Part shown: positions 43,735 through 61,044 of the stretch, one piece after another
Numbering within the stretch: position 1 is the first letter of the stretch
How the letters are laid out: the number at the start of each line of letters is the position of its first letter
Assembly: GCF_009914755.1 (NCBI RefSeq)
Contig: NC_060931.1
Strand: one strand, 5' to 3'
DNA: 64,000 bases
From: the human T2T-CHM13v2.0 reference genome, Homo sapiens
Notes under the pieces: generated by a model
Told to the model about the DNA's origin: nothing
Database searches by the model: none
What the model saw: only the letters and a program-made list of their open reading frames with translations
Translations under genes and position numbers: made by a program

Positions 43735-44143
43735 TATTATGGGCTGAACTGTGTCTCCCCCAAAATTAGTATGTTGAAGCTCTGACCCCCCAGGACCTCA
43801 GAATGTGACTGTATTTGGAGATAGGGCCTTCAAAGAGGTGATTCAGTTAAAATGAGGCCATTTAGGGTGGGCACTAATCCAATCTGACTGGTATCCTCCT
43901 AAGAAGAGGAAATGGGGACACACACAGATACCAGGGGTGTGCGTGCACAGGGAAAATGCCACATGAAGACACAGTGAGAAGGCAGCCATCTGCGAGCCAA
44001 GGAGAGAGGCTTCCGGAAAAAAAACAAACTTGCCGACACCTTGAGCTTGGGACTGTTAGCCTCTAGAAGCATATGAAAAGTAATTTCTGTTAAGCCACCT
44101 GATCTGTGGTATTTTGTTATGGAAGTCCTAGCAAATTAATACA
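43735..44143 (+). mobile_element. MLT1B/C-type MaLR solo LTR
   Basis: tatgggctgaactgtgtc, cctcagaatgtgactgtatttggagatagggcctt, ttaagccacc...gcaaattaataca; flanks ctgtg/ctgtt resemble a TSD. Confidence 0.85.
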
Positions 44144-44622
44144 CTGTTTCCATATTTAAAATGAGTTAAATATATATTGGAAACCAAATTTCCACAGCAT
44201 ACAGACTTGCTGTGGTGTGTAGCCACTTCCATTTTTAAGAAAAGCTTTGGCACCTTGCCGATCCCCAGAGATCCAGTCTCTGCTATATTTACATTCCTGT
44301 TAGAAAATCAGACCGGTCTCAGGTTTAGTCAGTCTCCAGGAATTGAGAGCTCCCAGTCTGGCAAAACCAACCTCTGCAACCACGTCAAAGGATAAGTATA
44401 GGCTTTCAAAAGAGAAAGTTAATTTTTATTTTCAACCAGATTGTTAACTCTCAGCTGCATGCGAATCATTTACTTATGGAATTTTCATCTTGAATTATTG
44501 GCACTACGTATGTGGGGGTCAAAAAAATTAATTCATCCATTGCCTAAGAAAACTATCCTCACGGCCTGGCACAGTGGCTCACGCCTGGAAGAAACAATGC
44601 ACTTCCTATCCATGATCAGTGA

Positions 44623-44754
<132 letters not shown>

Positions 44755-45361
44755 TGAGCAGCTAACACTACAGGCACATGCCACCATGCCCAGCTAATTT
44801 TTGTATTTTTAGTAGAGATTGGGTTTCACCATGTTGGCCAAGATGGTCTCGATCTCTTGACCTCGTGATCTGCCTTCCTCGGCCTCCCAAAGTGCTGGAA
44901 TTACAGGTGTGAGCCACTGCGCCAGGCCGATCGGCAATTCTTAATCCCAGTACTTTGGGAGGCTGAAGTGTGAGGACTGCTTGAGCACAGGAGTTCGAGA
45001 CCAGCCTGGGCAATATAGTGAGACTCTGTCTCTAAAACCTAATAAAATTAGCCTGGCATTGTGGCATACGCCTGTAATCCCAGCTACTCAGGAGGCTAAG
45101 GTAGGAGGAATGCCTGAGCCCAGGAAGTCAAGGCTGCAGTGAGCCTGATCATACCATCATTCACTCCAGCCTGAGTGACAGAGTGAGACTGTCTAAAAAA
45201 AAAAAAAAAAAAAGAAAGAAAGAAAGAAAGAAAACTATCATTGGGAGGAGCATTTACTATCTGTAATCTGTGCTCCTCCTGCTCCTTTTTCCATTAGCAT
45301 GGAAAAAGGAATATACGTTTCTGTTGCTTTGATTTTGTATAGGCATAACAACAGTAACTCA

Positions 45362-45490
<129 letters not shown>

Positions 45491-46404
45491 TTAACATTAT
45501 ATATACCATAATAAAAGTTATAGATGTAAGAGCTCATTTTTCGCTATAGAACCTTTGAGTGGAAAATCAGTTCTAGTCTGATAAAGAAATACAGGTTAAG
45601 TGGTTATAGCTGTGTGGACTAGAGGTATTACATTTCCTGTAATTGGACACTTAACATTATCTATCCATATTAAAAATAAAAAGCTAAAATGTGGCTGGGC
45701 ACGGTGGCTCACACCTGTAATCTCAGGACTTTGGGAGGCCAAGGCGGGCAAGATGGCTTGAGCTCAGGAGTTCAAGACTGGCCTGGGCAACATGGCAAGA
45801 CCCGTCTCCACTAAAAATAGCCAGGCATGGTGGTACACGCCTGTGGTCCCAACTACTCAGATGGCTGAGGTGGGAGGATCACATGAACATGTAGGGTGGA
45901 GGTTGTAGTGAACCGAGATCATGCTACTGCACTCCAGCATGGGTGACAGAGCAAGACCCTGTCTCAAAAAATAAATAAAAGAAAAACATTTTTAATTAAA
46001 AAAAAGAACATAAAAAAATTAAGCCAGGTTAAATGTTAACTTCTGAGCAGCTAGTGTTACTTCAGTTGTTCAATCCTGTGTTAAACAATGTAAGATTTAG
46101 GCCGAGTGTAATCCCATGCACTGTAATCCCAGCACTTTGGGAGGCTGAGATGGGCGGATCACCTGAGGTCAGGAGTTTGAGACAAGCCTGGCCAACATGG
46201 TGAAACCCCGTCTCTACTAAAAATACAAAAATTAGCTGGGCATTGTGGCGAGTGCCTGTAATTCCAGCTACTTGGGAGGCTGAGGCAAGAGAATTGCTTG
46301 AACCCAGGAGGTGGAGGTTACCGAGCCAAGATCGTGCCATTGCATTCCAGCCTGGGCAACAAGAGCGAGACTCCGTCTCAAAAAAAAAAAAAAGTATGCA
46401 TATC

Positions 46405-46415
46405 TACACACACAC

Positions 46416-46478
<63 letters not shown>
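46405..46478. repeat. Compound microsatellite (CA)n(TA)n(GA)n after an Alu tail
   Basis: Direct reading. Confidence 0.92.
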
Positions 46479-47124
46479 CATACATATATATGCTTTAGAT
46501 TTAAGCTGCTCAAAATGTTTTTTTTTAAGTACTTTGGGAAAAATATGTAAGCCTAAACTGCACTTTATAGACGCTGTACAATAACATTCATGAGTCCTGT
46601 GTGGCACAGAGCTGCAGTTGTTACTTAAACAACACATCTAGTTCATTTGATTACTGTAACTCCATGAAAGAAAAACTGAAAAAATGTTTCATACAACAAT
46701 TCCTAGAAAGAGTCCTCTTCTTTTAAAAATAATCCTTTTTCATGAACTCATGAATCCCTTATCTTCAGAGGCTTAAGATACTGCTGGTACCGAAGCTGGT
46801 ACTTGGATACCTGGCTTTGTCAAGGCAAAAGCACTGTTTGGTAAGTTAGTGATAAGTTACAATGAAAAGAACAAAAGACTCCATAAACCATTTCAGAAAA
46901 CTGCCATAGCATGTATGCTTAGTGAATCACCCTTCCTTCTTGATAAATATGTGAGTTTTTTCTGTCTTGGACAGAAAAGTATTACAAGTATTTCTTTAGT
47001 CCTTGGTGTGAATTCCTCACAAGTTCTTCAGAAAACTGTTGAGCAGGAATATCATTTTCGGTTTTCCTTCCAGCTCACTATCAGTTAAGCAAAGTTGTCT
47101 ATACTTAGCACTTGTGACAAAATC

Positions 47125-47159
47125 TTTGGCATTTCACTTTATCTACATGAAATGCCAAA
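47125..47159 (-). promoter_or_regulatory. Perfect 12-bp intronic hairpin at +10 of the microexon donor; loop UGUAGAUAAAG
   Basis: Arms 47125-47136 (tttggcatttca) and 47148-47159 (tgaaatgccaaa) are exact reverse complements. The structure is seen directly; the function is inferred. Confidence 0.6.
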
Positions 47160-47168
47160 TGCTCTTAC

Positions 47169-47186
47169 CTGCTGCAGTTCTGACCT
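47169..47186 (-). CDS. PUS7: PUS7 alternative 18-nt microexon (AGGTCAGAACTGCAGCAG); changes N244 to KVRTAAD, giving a 667-aa isoform
   Basis: ggacag| acceptor preceded by a pyrimidine/UGC-rich tract, and a strong CAG|gtaaga donor. Phase 1-1, frame-preserving, no stop. Consistent with my recollection of a 6-aa-longer PUS7 isoform. Confidence 0.85.
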
Positions 47187-50100
47187 CTGTCCAAATGCAC
47201 AGCATAAAGAGCACAAAAGAGCAATGTTTAATTTATAATATTAAAGTGCTTTAGAGGTGAACATGCAAATGATCGCATGGTTAAGTTTACACTGAGGACT
47301 TCTACAGCACCCGGTAGTTATGCGGTGGGTTAACAGCCATTTAGACATTAACAATGGAATGTTTTAGAGGCAAACAGTGAACAAGTAGAAAACTCTTCTA
47401 CAGGTGCAGCCTCCTTGTCTCAATCCCTTCACAATGGGCATGTTAGTTCACGCTCAAAGCTGCACTGTCTGTACCCATGAGATGAAGCAAAAGGTTTAAG
47501 GATAGTAAATGCTTCCCCAAAAAGAGATCTGTTTACTTAAATATGGGAGGACATGTACCAAAATGCTATTTGTGATTATCTTTTTTTTGATAGTGAGACA
47601 AGTAACTATTGCTTTGCTTTTTCTGCGTTTCATGAATTTCTTGCATTGAATTATAAAGACTTTTAAATTTGAAAAATGTTAAATATTATAGAAAACAGCT
47701 AAGTTCTTTATAGATTAAAAAAGATTTAAGAGACGACTTAAGAGGCTTATCAATGAGTGCAATGTTCTGACCTTGTTTTTATCATTCTTTGAACAAGCCA
47801 TCTGCATATAAAAAAGACATTTTTGAGATACAGCAAAACCAAATATGCAATAGGTATGTGATAGGAAGAAATTATTGTTGATGTTTTTGGATGTGATAAT
47901 AGTTTGGGGTTTCAGTCCTCATCTGGCAAATAGATACTGAAATATTTATGAGTGAAAAGCCATGCTATGTAGAATTTCCTTTAAAATGCTCCAGCAAGAA
48001 AAAAAAGGAGGAAGGATAAATCAATAAAACAACAGAATGTTGATAATCTTAAAGATGGTTTATGGGTACATAGGTTCCATATACTATTTCCTCTATTTGA
48101 CTGCAAGTTTGAAAATGTCCATAATAAAAACTTTAAAAACACTTGTGATAAAAGTTGATGAAGTGTAGCTACATTTTTCTCAACTACCCCTTTGGAGTAT
48201 TCATAATTAAGTATAATGACAAGAAATAAATGAAGCCACAAGACTCAAAAACTAAATGCTGCTATACCTTAAGAGAAACCATGACAACAGAGTATGAGTT
48301 TTGGCTCACAAGCATGCATCTTCTATTTAGCAAATCCAAGCACTGAGCATGCATACAATTATCTCCTTTGCAAACAACAGATACAAGTATGCATTCTTTT
48401 TCTAAGTACACTCAATATACAAAATAGTAAGCATATGCATTGATTAACTGGGAATATTTTAAATAACAGAAAATCAATGAGTCTCCATTTATTTTGGGCA
48501 ATTTGTGTGACTTTATAAAACTCCACCCCCTAAGAATGCTAAGCAGCATATACTTAGCTTTACAATTTGAATGAATTTAAAATAACTTGCAGACATTTTT
48601 GAGACACTGATTTATACTGCAAATGCACAGAATTCCCAGGCTGGGTAATATGGTTCCTATTTGAAGAAGGCTGCATCCAGCTTCTGAGGGCCTAACAAGG
48701 CAGTCCCAGTCTAGCAGAAATGGAAACCAGATAAAAGGGAAACCAAGTTCAGGAAGTTTGATTTATTGAGCACAGACATCTCCATGAATAAAGAAGGAAA
48801 AATGTTTCTAGCTGAGAAAGATGAAAAGATGGGGTAGCATGCGGAACATTCCTTCCTTCTTATTCAAGGTCATTCCCACCATCACACCCCTGCACACCAA
48901 CCTTCAGCTTTTTCAGGGATCCTACTCCATCCATTATCTTTATTTTGTTATTTGCCTCCCTGAATTTTCACCTTCTCTCTCCATTGTCTCTTTCCTTTTT
49001 GAAAATATATATTTTTCTTTTTATAGAGATGAGGTTTTGCCATGTTGGCCAGGCAGGTCTGGAACTCCAGGCCTCAAGTGATCTGCCCGCCTCGGCCTCT
49101 CAAAGTGCTGGGATTACAGGCGTGAGCCACTGCGCCTGGCCCTCCATTGTCTCCCTTGCATATATAAATAACTCACAGCTCTTCCATCTTAAAAGCCTAA
49201 CCTATGTTCCCCTCTCCTTAATTATGTTCGCTTCTTCTCCTCTTTGCAGGTTATTTGAAAAAGCAGTCTGTATATACTACCTTCCATCTCAACCTACTAT
49301 GTAAACTGGTTTCCAACCTCATCATTCCACTAGAATGCTCCGGTGAAAAGACACCAACAACTTCCATGTTGCTAAACTGATAGACAGGTTTCAGAGTAAT
49401 TATCTTGCTGGACCTATCTGTAGCATTTTCCATTGCCACAGGAATGGAAGCAATGGTAGTCCATTGATCACTCTGATTATTGGGATTCCCTATTCCTGTG
49501 GATTCTATAACACCAGTCTTTCCCAGAGAGCTTCTTTGTACCTGTCTAGCTCTTCCTCCTGAGTCTCTATGGATTCCTACATACAGGGATCCCTCCTGGG
49601 GACCATTCATTTCAGAAAGTATAGAGAACCTGTACCTATCACATGGCAGAATTTTCTTTTTTTTACATAAGTCTTTAAAAACTATGTTCTTAGAAGCATT
49701 TGGAATGTATACTGTCTCAAAATATAAATTAATTTATCAGTAATGTTATGATAGTTTAGATGGTATTTTAAAAAAAAATCACATATACATTTTGGTAGGT
49801 AAAGCAATGTGCCCTATCAGACTGGCTTAACACATAAAATAATGTCTGAGTTTAAATAGTTGGTAATTTGTGGTGTTTGGGAACAATGATTTAGAATCCA
49901 CCACATCTATGTTTTAGGATGCACAGTTCTATCTGAGAAAAGTTCAGGTTAAGAATATTGTGAATCTGCTAGATAATGCATAATAACAATTTCTATCAGG
50001 ATCTGGTAGTAATACAGCTAAAAAAAAACTGTAAATTACAAAGCTTTGTAATGATACTTTAAAAGCTAAATCATTCAAATGCTAGGCAAGATGGCTCAGG

Positions 50101-52169
50101 AGGACAAGCTGTCGCTGGTAGAGGGCCATGAACAATAATCTTTGGATACCAGCTCTTCCTCCTTTCCTAGGGGTGTTCACTTTAGGCCACTCTCAGCTTG
50201 GGGAGAGTGGGGTCTATAAAAATGAATGCAGGCTCCTAAGTGCCCATCTGTGCCAGGGGTGGCCTTCCATGAGGAGGTGGGAGAGATGGCAGAGATTTAG
50301 TCCATCTTTGAAGAAATGTCACAACACCACAAGCCCAAGAAGTGTGGTTCTCTATACAAGAGGGAGTTGATCCAATCTGACTTCCTTCTTGCTTCTTTTT
50401 AAAGTGAGAAATTCCTTTCTTACTGAAGGTGTCCAAACGAAAATGGGGAAGGGTGGTTCACATCGCACAGCTCAGTACTTCACTTGTAAAATCTTAAGGA
50501 AACTTCGTAACAACAACAACAAAAAAAAGAAAGGCGGGTGTCGCATAAGCAGAGAAAATGTGGATAAAAACACAACATGAGAGACCTGGCGCTGTGTTTA
50601 ATGAAGGGGATGGGTAGAAAGGCTGTAATGGCTGCTTTGGCCTGCAAATGCCCTCCACCCTCTCACAAAACCCGGCATCCTAAGAAATGATTATCACTTC
50701 CAAGAAGCCACCAGTCAAAAAAACAGTTTTTGCTTTTTCCAACCTGCTTCCTCATGACCACACCAAGCAGAGTAAGACCTTGCCTTGTCTTCCCGCCTTC
50801 ATAATGGGCAGCACTGCTGACCAACATGGGCTGTTTCTTGACAAAAAATAACTCCCTAGCAGCCTTCCCAACTGGGTTCCCTGAGAGAATTAGGACCAAG
50901 TGCCCCAAGGCATGGCTGTTTGTAGAAGTCACCTCTCCTCTCCATCTACAGTAGTTACTAGCTACACACTATCCTTGGGAGAACTGAACCAACAGTGGCT
51001 CCAATCACTTTCCACTGGGCTTACTCCTCTTTGAGCAACCTTGGCTGAAAAAAGGCTGCTCAGGTGACATTTTATACCATGACCCAGACATTAAAGAAAC
51101 ACACAGCAACCACACCATTCGTTTGTGGAGTAAAAAGTAATTCAGGACTCATGCCCCAAGCAGTTCCAGGACACATCATCTGGCTTTTCTTTACAGTGTT
51201 CACTGAAAACTGGCCTCTGATCTCCACCTCTTCCTCTGGAACTGCTCAGGTATCTCATCTCTATAGCACTATCCAGACTTGCTGCCTTGACTAGATTATT
51301 TCCTCAGGCACAGCGAAGCTTTCCTCCTGTTCTCTTTTTTGTTATACCCTCTCATTTCACTAGAAACATGGTTATAAGCAATTAAGGCTTCATCCATCAC
51401 AGTATTATCTTTTGAATTAACCTAAAAGAATACTGACAGAGCCCTAATAAATAAACAGTTTTTTGTTATATGGTCTTAGAATTTTGCCCCAAATATATCT
51501 AGGAATAAATGTTCATTAATACAGGCCACCGCTAGTAGGAGAGGAGGGTGAGGAAATAACTTTTTCTTGTTGTAATTTTCATTTAAATTTTATCTGTCAA
51601 TTTGGTAGGTGAAAAAAAAAATTACCTAATTTTCCTGAAAGGTTATATGCAAATAGAAACTTTTGTGGCTGTAGATAACACATTAGAACATAAATATCAG
51701 TGACTCACTGGGACTATGCCCATTTCAAATGAATGATACACAACAAAAGATGGGCTGAGATAAAAGGGTGTCTTTCTATATATTCCATATTTTTTATGTG
51801 TGACTGAAGAAGATACAGTTGGAAAGCAAAAGCTCTTTCAATATAGGGGCCTGGCAAAAAAATATGCCTCTTTCAATACAGGGGTCTTGGCCGGGCGCAC
51901 TGGCTCACACCTGTAATCCTAGCACTTTGGGAGGCCGAGACGGGTGGATCACGAGGTCAGGAGATCAAGACCATCCTGGCTAACAAGGTGAAACCCCGTC
52001 TCTACTAAAAATACAAACAATTAGCCAGGCGTGGTGGCAGGTGCCTGGAGTCTCAGGTACTCAGGAGGCTGAGGCAGAAGAATGGCATGAACCCAGGAGG
52101 CGGAGCTTGCAGTGAGCCGAGATCGTGCCACTGCACTCCAGCCTGGGCGACAGGGCGAGACTCCGTCTC

Positions 52170-52200
<31 letters not shown>

Positions 52201-52620
52201 TATAGGGGCCTTGCAAAAAATGTGCCACTGGGATAGGTGACAAGCGTTTTTTGTTCATCTGAAAGCTTTCTTTCCTCCATGAAGAACACAGAATGAGCAA
52301 TAATCCTTCTATTTTCTTCTTGAATTGCCACTCAGTATGCTCTGCTCTTCAGGGAACATATCAAATCCCTAAGACTCTCTCTCAGGCACTACTATAATTT
52401 CAGCAAATCTTTACTCACATAAAAGACCTAATGCCCCTTGCCAGGCAGGCTGCAGGACTGCGCTGGCATCTGAAGTGACAATACTCACCCTCTCTGAAGG
52501 AGGGACATGATCAATATTGTTCTCTGAGCAGCACTATAGTAGCCCTTGAACACGAACGGGCAAGGCTAACGAGGAGCGGGGCCTGCCGCTCACGGCTGCC
52601 TGGCAGGAGGAAGCTGCTCA

Positions 52621-52776
<156 letters not shown>

Positions 52777-52935
52777 CTATTAAAAAAAACAGATAGCAAT
52801 ACCACCAAGTTAACAAACATTAAATAGGGAAGTAATACAGTGAATTAGTAAAAACACTGCTCACCTTATTAACTACGCAAAATAACAAAAGTGCCTGCAT
52901 ACGATTTCAAAAATCTTTTATTTTTATTTTTTTGA

Positions 52936-53148
<213 letters not shown>

Positions 53149-53869
53149 TGATCCATCTGCCTTGGCCTTCCAAAGTGCTGAGATTACAGGCGTGAGCCAC
53201 CGTGCCCAGTCTCAAAAATATTTCAGAGCTTCCCAATATTGCAAATCCCGGGAGCCTGTTGATGGAGCACATCCATCTGCCAGACACTGTACAAAGCACT
53301 GTGGTCATCATTTTATTTAATCTTTGTAATCTCTCCATCATAACACCATTATATCTATTTAGAAGTGAGGAATTGTGTCTGCGGTTATATAGCTGGAAGG
53401 TGGTAGAGCTGGATTTAAAATCCAGGCTGTCAAACCCATGGGCCACCAACCCAGATGCACCTTCTCAGGGTCTCTGCTGGACAGACACCTTAGGGATCCT
53501 ACATGAAAATGCAGGCAAAGCTAGGCCTTTTGGTATGTGAGAAGCTCAGTCCTTTGAACAATCCAACCTACAGCTGCTTCTTATTGAATTATATTCTGAA
53601 TTATTTTATAATGAGGTTCTAGCACATGGGTTTACAGTAAAGAAAAATCAACATGATATAAACTCACTAGTTACATGATATTTTCAGCGTGTGAGTGCAT
53701 CTCATACTGAGAATTTTCCCTCCCTCTTTACTCAATACAACCACAAATGTGTGTGTATATACCTCATTTTAAGAATCGAAAAAAAATTCACAAAACAAGA
53801 TTCATACTATTTGCAATGCACAAGTATTTTCTATGTTATTGCTATTATTATATATATTTTTTGAGATAG

Positions 53870-54163
<294 letters not shown>

Positions 54164-54235
54164 TAAAAATGCTGGTTGAGATCCACTACTAAACTGATTT
54201 CATGACCCATTAATGGGTTGTAACCTGCAAGCTGA

Positions 54236-54409
<174 letters not shown>

Positions 54410-55210
54410 TAGCTGGGATTACAGGTGCCCGCCACCACGCCCAGCTAATTTTTCGTATTTTTAGTAGAGATGGGGTTTCTCCATGTTGGTCAGGCTGGTC
54501 TCGAACTCCTGACCTTAGGTGATCCACCCACCTCGGCCTCCCAAAGTGCTGGGATTACAGGTGTGAGCCACTGCGCCCAGCAACTTAATGATACTTCAAC
54601 AAAATAAAAAATGAAAAAAATCCACCAAACTACATTACGATTACAGGTAAATGACTTCTTCATAGCAAAAAGTGAGTCTAGATCTGAAATTACTGATAGC
54701 AAGGAGAACGACAGTTTGTGTATATGAATACATGTTTAGACCTCAAAAACTCAGAAAGTCCATCTTCATTTTACAAATGAGGAAGCTTGCCCATAGTTTA
54801 TGCCTTTTAAATGTACAGACTTTCAGTAGATAGGAAAACCTCAGTTTTTAAGACAATAGTAAATTTTACCACATGTATACGAAAATACATATTATAAGCC
54901 TAAGATAAACCTCTGCATTGTACAAGCAAAGGAAACTTGGACCATCCTTCTGGATTGCTCTAGAAATCTGCCAGGAATTTTCCTCTTGGCATTGCTAAAG
55001 GTTTTGTCTAAAGATTTTTTCAGTAATGGAAGATTTCTAACATTGCAATACCACACGCTTTTGGGAAGCTCAGGTAAGGAGGGAGACAAGGAGCAGATAA
55101 TGAATTCTGAAAAGTTGTAGTACGCTTATTAACTAGGAGTGCTGGGAGGGGGAATTTCAGACAACCGAAAACCCCATAGCTCATTAAAATGTAGTACAAA
55201 ATTAATTTAA

Positions 55211-55557
<347 letters not shown>

Positions 55558-56043
55558 TGAGCTCTCCTTTTCTTCAATAGCAGAATTGACCCACGATGAG
55601 CAAATAAATGCTCCCCTACTTCCTTTCCCCATTTCCTCCCCTTCCCAGAGTCCCAACTGAGGCCAAGAAGCTGCTGAAGCCAGAATCTGACCTGGGTCAC
55701 ATACCTGACAGACAGCAAATGGTGGTCCTGTTACAACGGACATTGTGGTATAATTGGTACTCTGGGATTCTAAACAACATATGTCGCTGTTCATTTGTGG
55801 TCCCTAAATTTTTTTTTCAGAGATGATGTCTCACTATGTTGTCCAGGCTAGTCTCCAATTCCTGGGCTCAAGTAAACCTCTGGCTTCAGCCTTCGGAGTA
55901 GCTAGGACTTTGGAATAGCATGTAACACTGTACCCAAATAAAAATGTTTTTAAACAAAAATGTAACTTTGGGGGGGGCTATAGTTTATCTGGGATACTAG
56001 TTATCTGCCCCAGTAAAAAAATTTTTTAGTGTAATATCCTTTA

Positions 56044-56289
<246 letters not shown>

Positions 56290-56386
56290 TCACAATGAAT
56301 CATACATAGAATTCAAGTTTAATAAAGCTCTATATTTCTAAATCTCTAGGAAATGCTATTTTTTATACAGAAGGTGACATTTGCTA

Positions 56387-56509
<123 letters not shown>

Positions 56510-56630
56510 TCAGATAATTAACATCCTGTTTTCTATTAATTTTAAGATAAAGTTGATCAACAGCAAGCCTTACTATTATGCAAAACAAGGAATTTTAAAA
56601 AATCTTCAGTGCAAAATCACATGGAGTTAA

Positions 56631-56948
<318 letters not shown>

Positions 56949-57232
56949 TAATGAATGCTGAGCCATACCTTGGCTCAAGTTTTATATGAGAACTTAAAGA
57001 AAAGACCCTCTTAGCTTCTAGAATATTCTTCCAGAGAAATGCAAAAACAAAAGCTTATTAACATTACCCTATGACGATTCAGGCAGCCCACACTAAATTA
57101 AATCACAAAATATGCTATATGGTTAATTGAATCAGAACCCAGTAAGTCTACCATGAACTAGCCTGAAGCTTACCTTTATGTTAAATATTTTACATGCATT
57201 ATTCAAAATCCTCAACAACCCCAATGTGGTAA

Positions 57233-57574
<342 letters not shown>

Positions 57575-57734
57575 TAAGGATGCTGAGGTTCAGAGAGGCT
57601 AAGTAACTACTAAGTAGCGAACTTCACACTGGGATCCACCTGGCTCCAAAGACTACCTTCTTCTACCATAGTTGTGGCACATTCAAATGAAAAAAGAGTT
57701 TAAGATTATAAAACAAACTCAGGAGAAAATCTGA

Positions 57735-58052
<318 letters not shown>

Positions 58053-58320
58053 TGAATGAATTTATTTGAGGCATGATCATGCCACTGCATGCCAGCCTGG
58101 GTGACAGAGTGAGACCCTCTCTCAAAAAAAGGGAAAAAATTAATTAATTAAAATTTAAAAATCCAAGGCTATTTATTCAGGCAGGTTTCCTTCATCCTAT
58201 TCCTTTTGATCAGTAGTATAAACAAGCCTTGGAGATGGAAAGCTAAGTGGAAGAATATAAAGCTAATTTCTTTCTAAAGAAGAAACCTAATACAATCAAA
58301 ATAACTTTATTCATAAACTA

Positions 58321-58788
<468 letters not shown>

Positions 58789-58963
58789 CTATATAAAAGC
58801 TGGTTTCAGGCCGGGCGCGGTGGCTCACACCTGTAATCCCAGCGTTTTGAGGAAGGTTAAGGCAGGCAGATCACTTGAGGTCAGGAGTTCAAGACCAGCC
58901 TGGCCAACATGGTGAAACCTCATCTCTACTAAATATTAGTTAGGCGTGGGTGGCAGGCGCCTA

Positions 58964-59125
<162 letters not shown>

Positions 59126-59288
59126 TCACACCTGTAATCCCAGCACTTTGGGAGGCCGAGGTGGGCGGATCACAAGGTCAGGGGTTCGAGATCAGCCTGG
59201 CCAACATGGTGAAACCCCATCTCTACTAAAAATACAAAAAAAAAACTAGCTGGGCGTGGTGGTAGGCGCCTGTAATCCCAGCTAGTCA

Positions 59289-59393
<105 letters not shown>

Positions 59394-59648
59394 TCAAAAA
59401 AAAAAAAAAAAAAAAAAAAGGAAAGAAGTTGGTTTCAGCAGATAAAGGCATAGTTAATGTTGTTCATACGATCCTAAAAATCATTTATAGAAATAATTCT
59501 TCCAGATGTTGGCATACACTTTTTGTGGGACAGAAAACCGGCATAATACTTCCGCACATCATCACAAGCCTTAAAAATATGTATGCTCTTTGACCCAGTA
59601 ATACTACTTTTAGGGATTTATCTTAAGAAAATAATTAAGAAATAATAA

Positions 59649-59867
<219 letters not shown>

Positions 59868-60344
59868 TAAAGACTAGGTCTCGCTATTATTGCTCAGTCT
59901 GGTCTTGAACTCCTGGGCTCAAGTAATGCTCTCACTTTGGCTTCCCAAAGTGTTGGGAATATAGGTGTGAGCCACCCTGCCTGGCCACAGTGCTTTTATA
60001 TTAGCAAAACATTAACAGCAATGAAACTTGGGTACATAAACTGAACAATATGTAGCAACATTGACAAGAAACTGGGAAGGGTGGTTACCTCTAGGAGAGG
60101 GTCTAGAAGTGGTGGCTGGGGACAGAGGTGGGAAATTTGCTGTTCTCACTCAATAACATGGTTGTAATCATTTGAAGCTTGTTTGATGTATATGTATTAT
60201 CCTTTCAAAAAACTGATTAATATTGTGGCCGGGATCGGTGGCTCACACCTGTAATCCCAATACTTTGGGAGGCTGAGGCAGGCAGATCACCTGAGGTCGG
60301 GAGTTTGAGACCAGCCCGATCAACAAGGAGAAATTCCGTCTCTA

Positions 60345-60710
<366 letters not shown>

Positions 60711-60772
60711 TTAAAATGGCAAATTTTAATTTTTTTTTTGAGACAGGGTCTCACTCTGTTGCCCAGGCTTGA

Positions 60773-61044
<272 letters not shown>

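Noticed and set aside
51520-51545. Possible CTCF motif (ggccaccgctagtagg)
   Set aside because: Too many mismatches to the core consensus to call from sequence alone.
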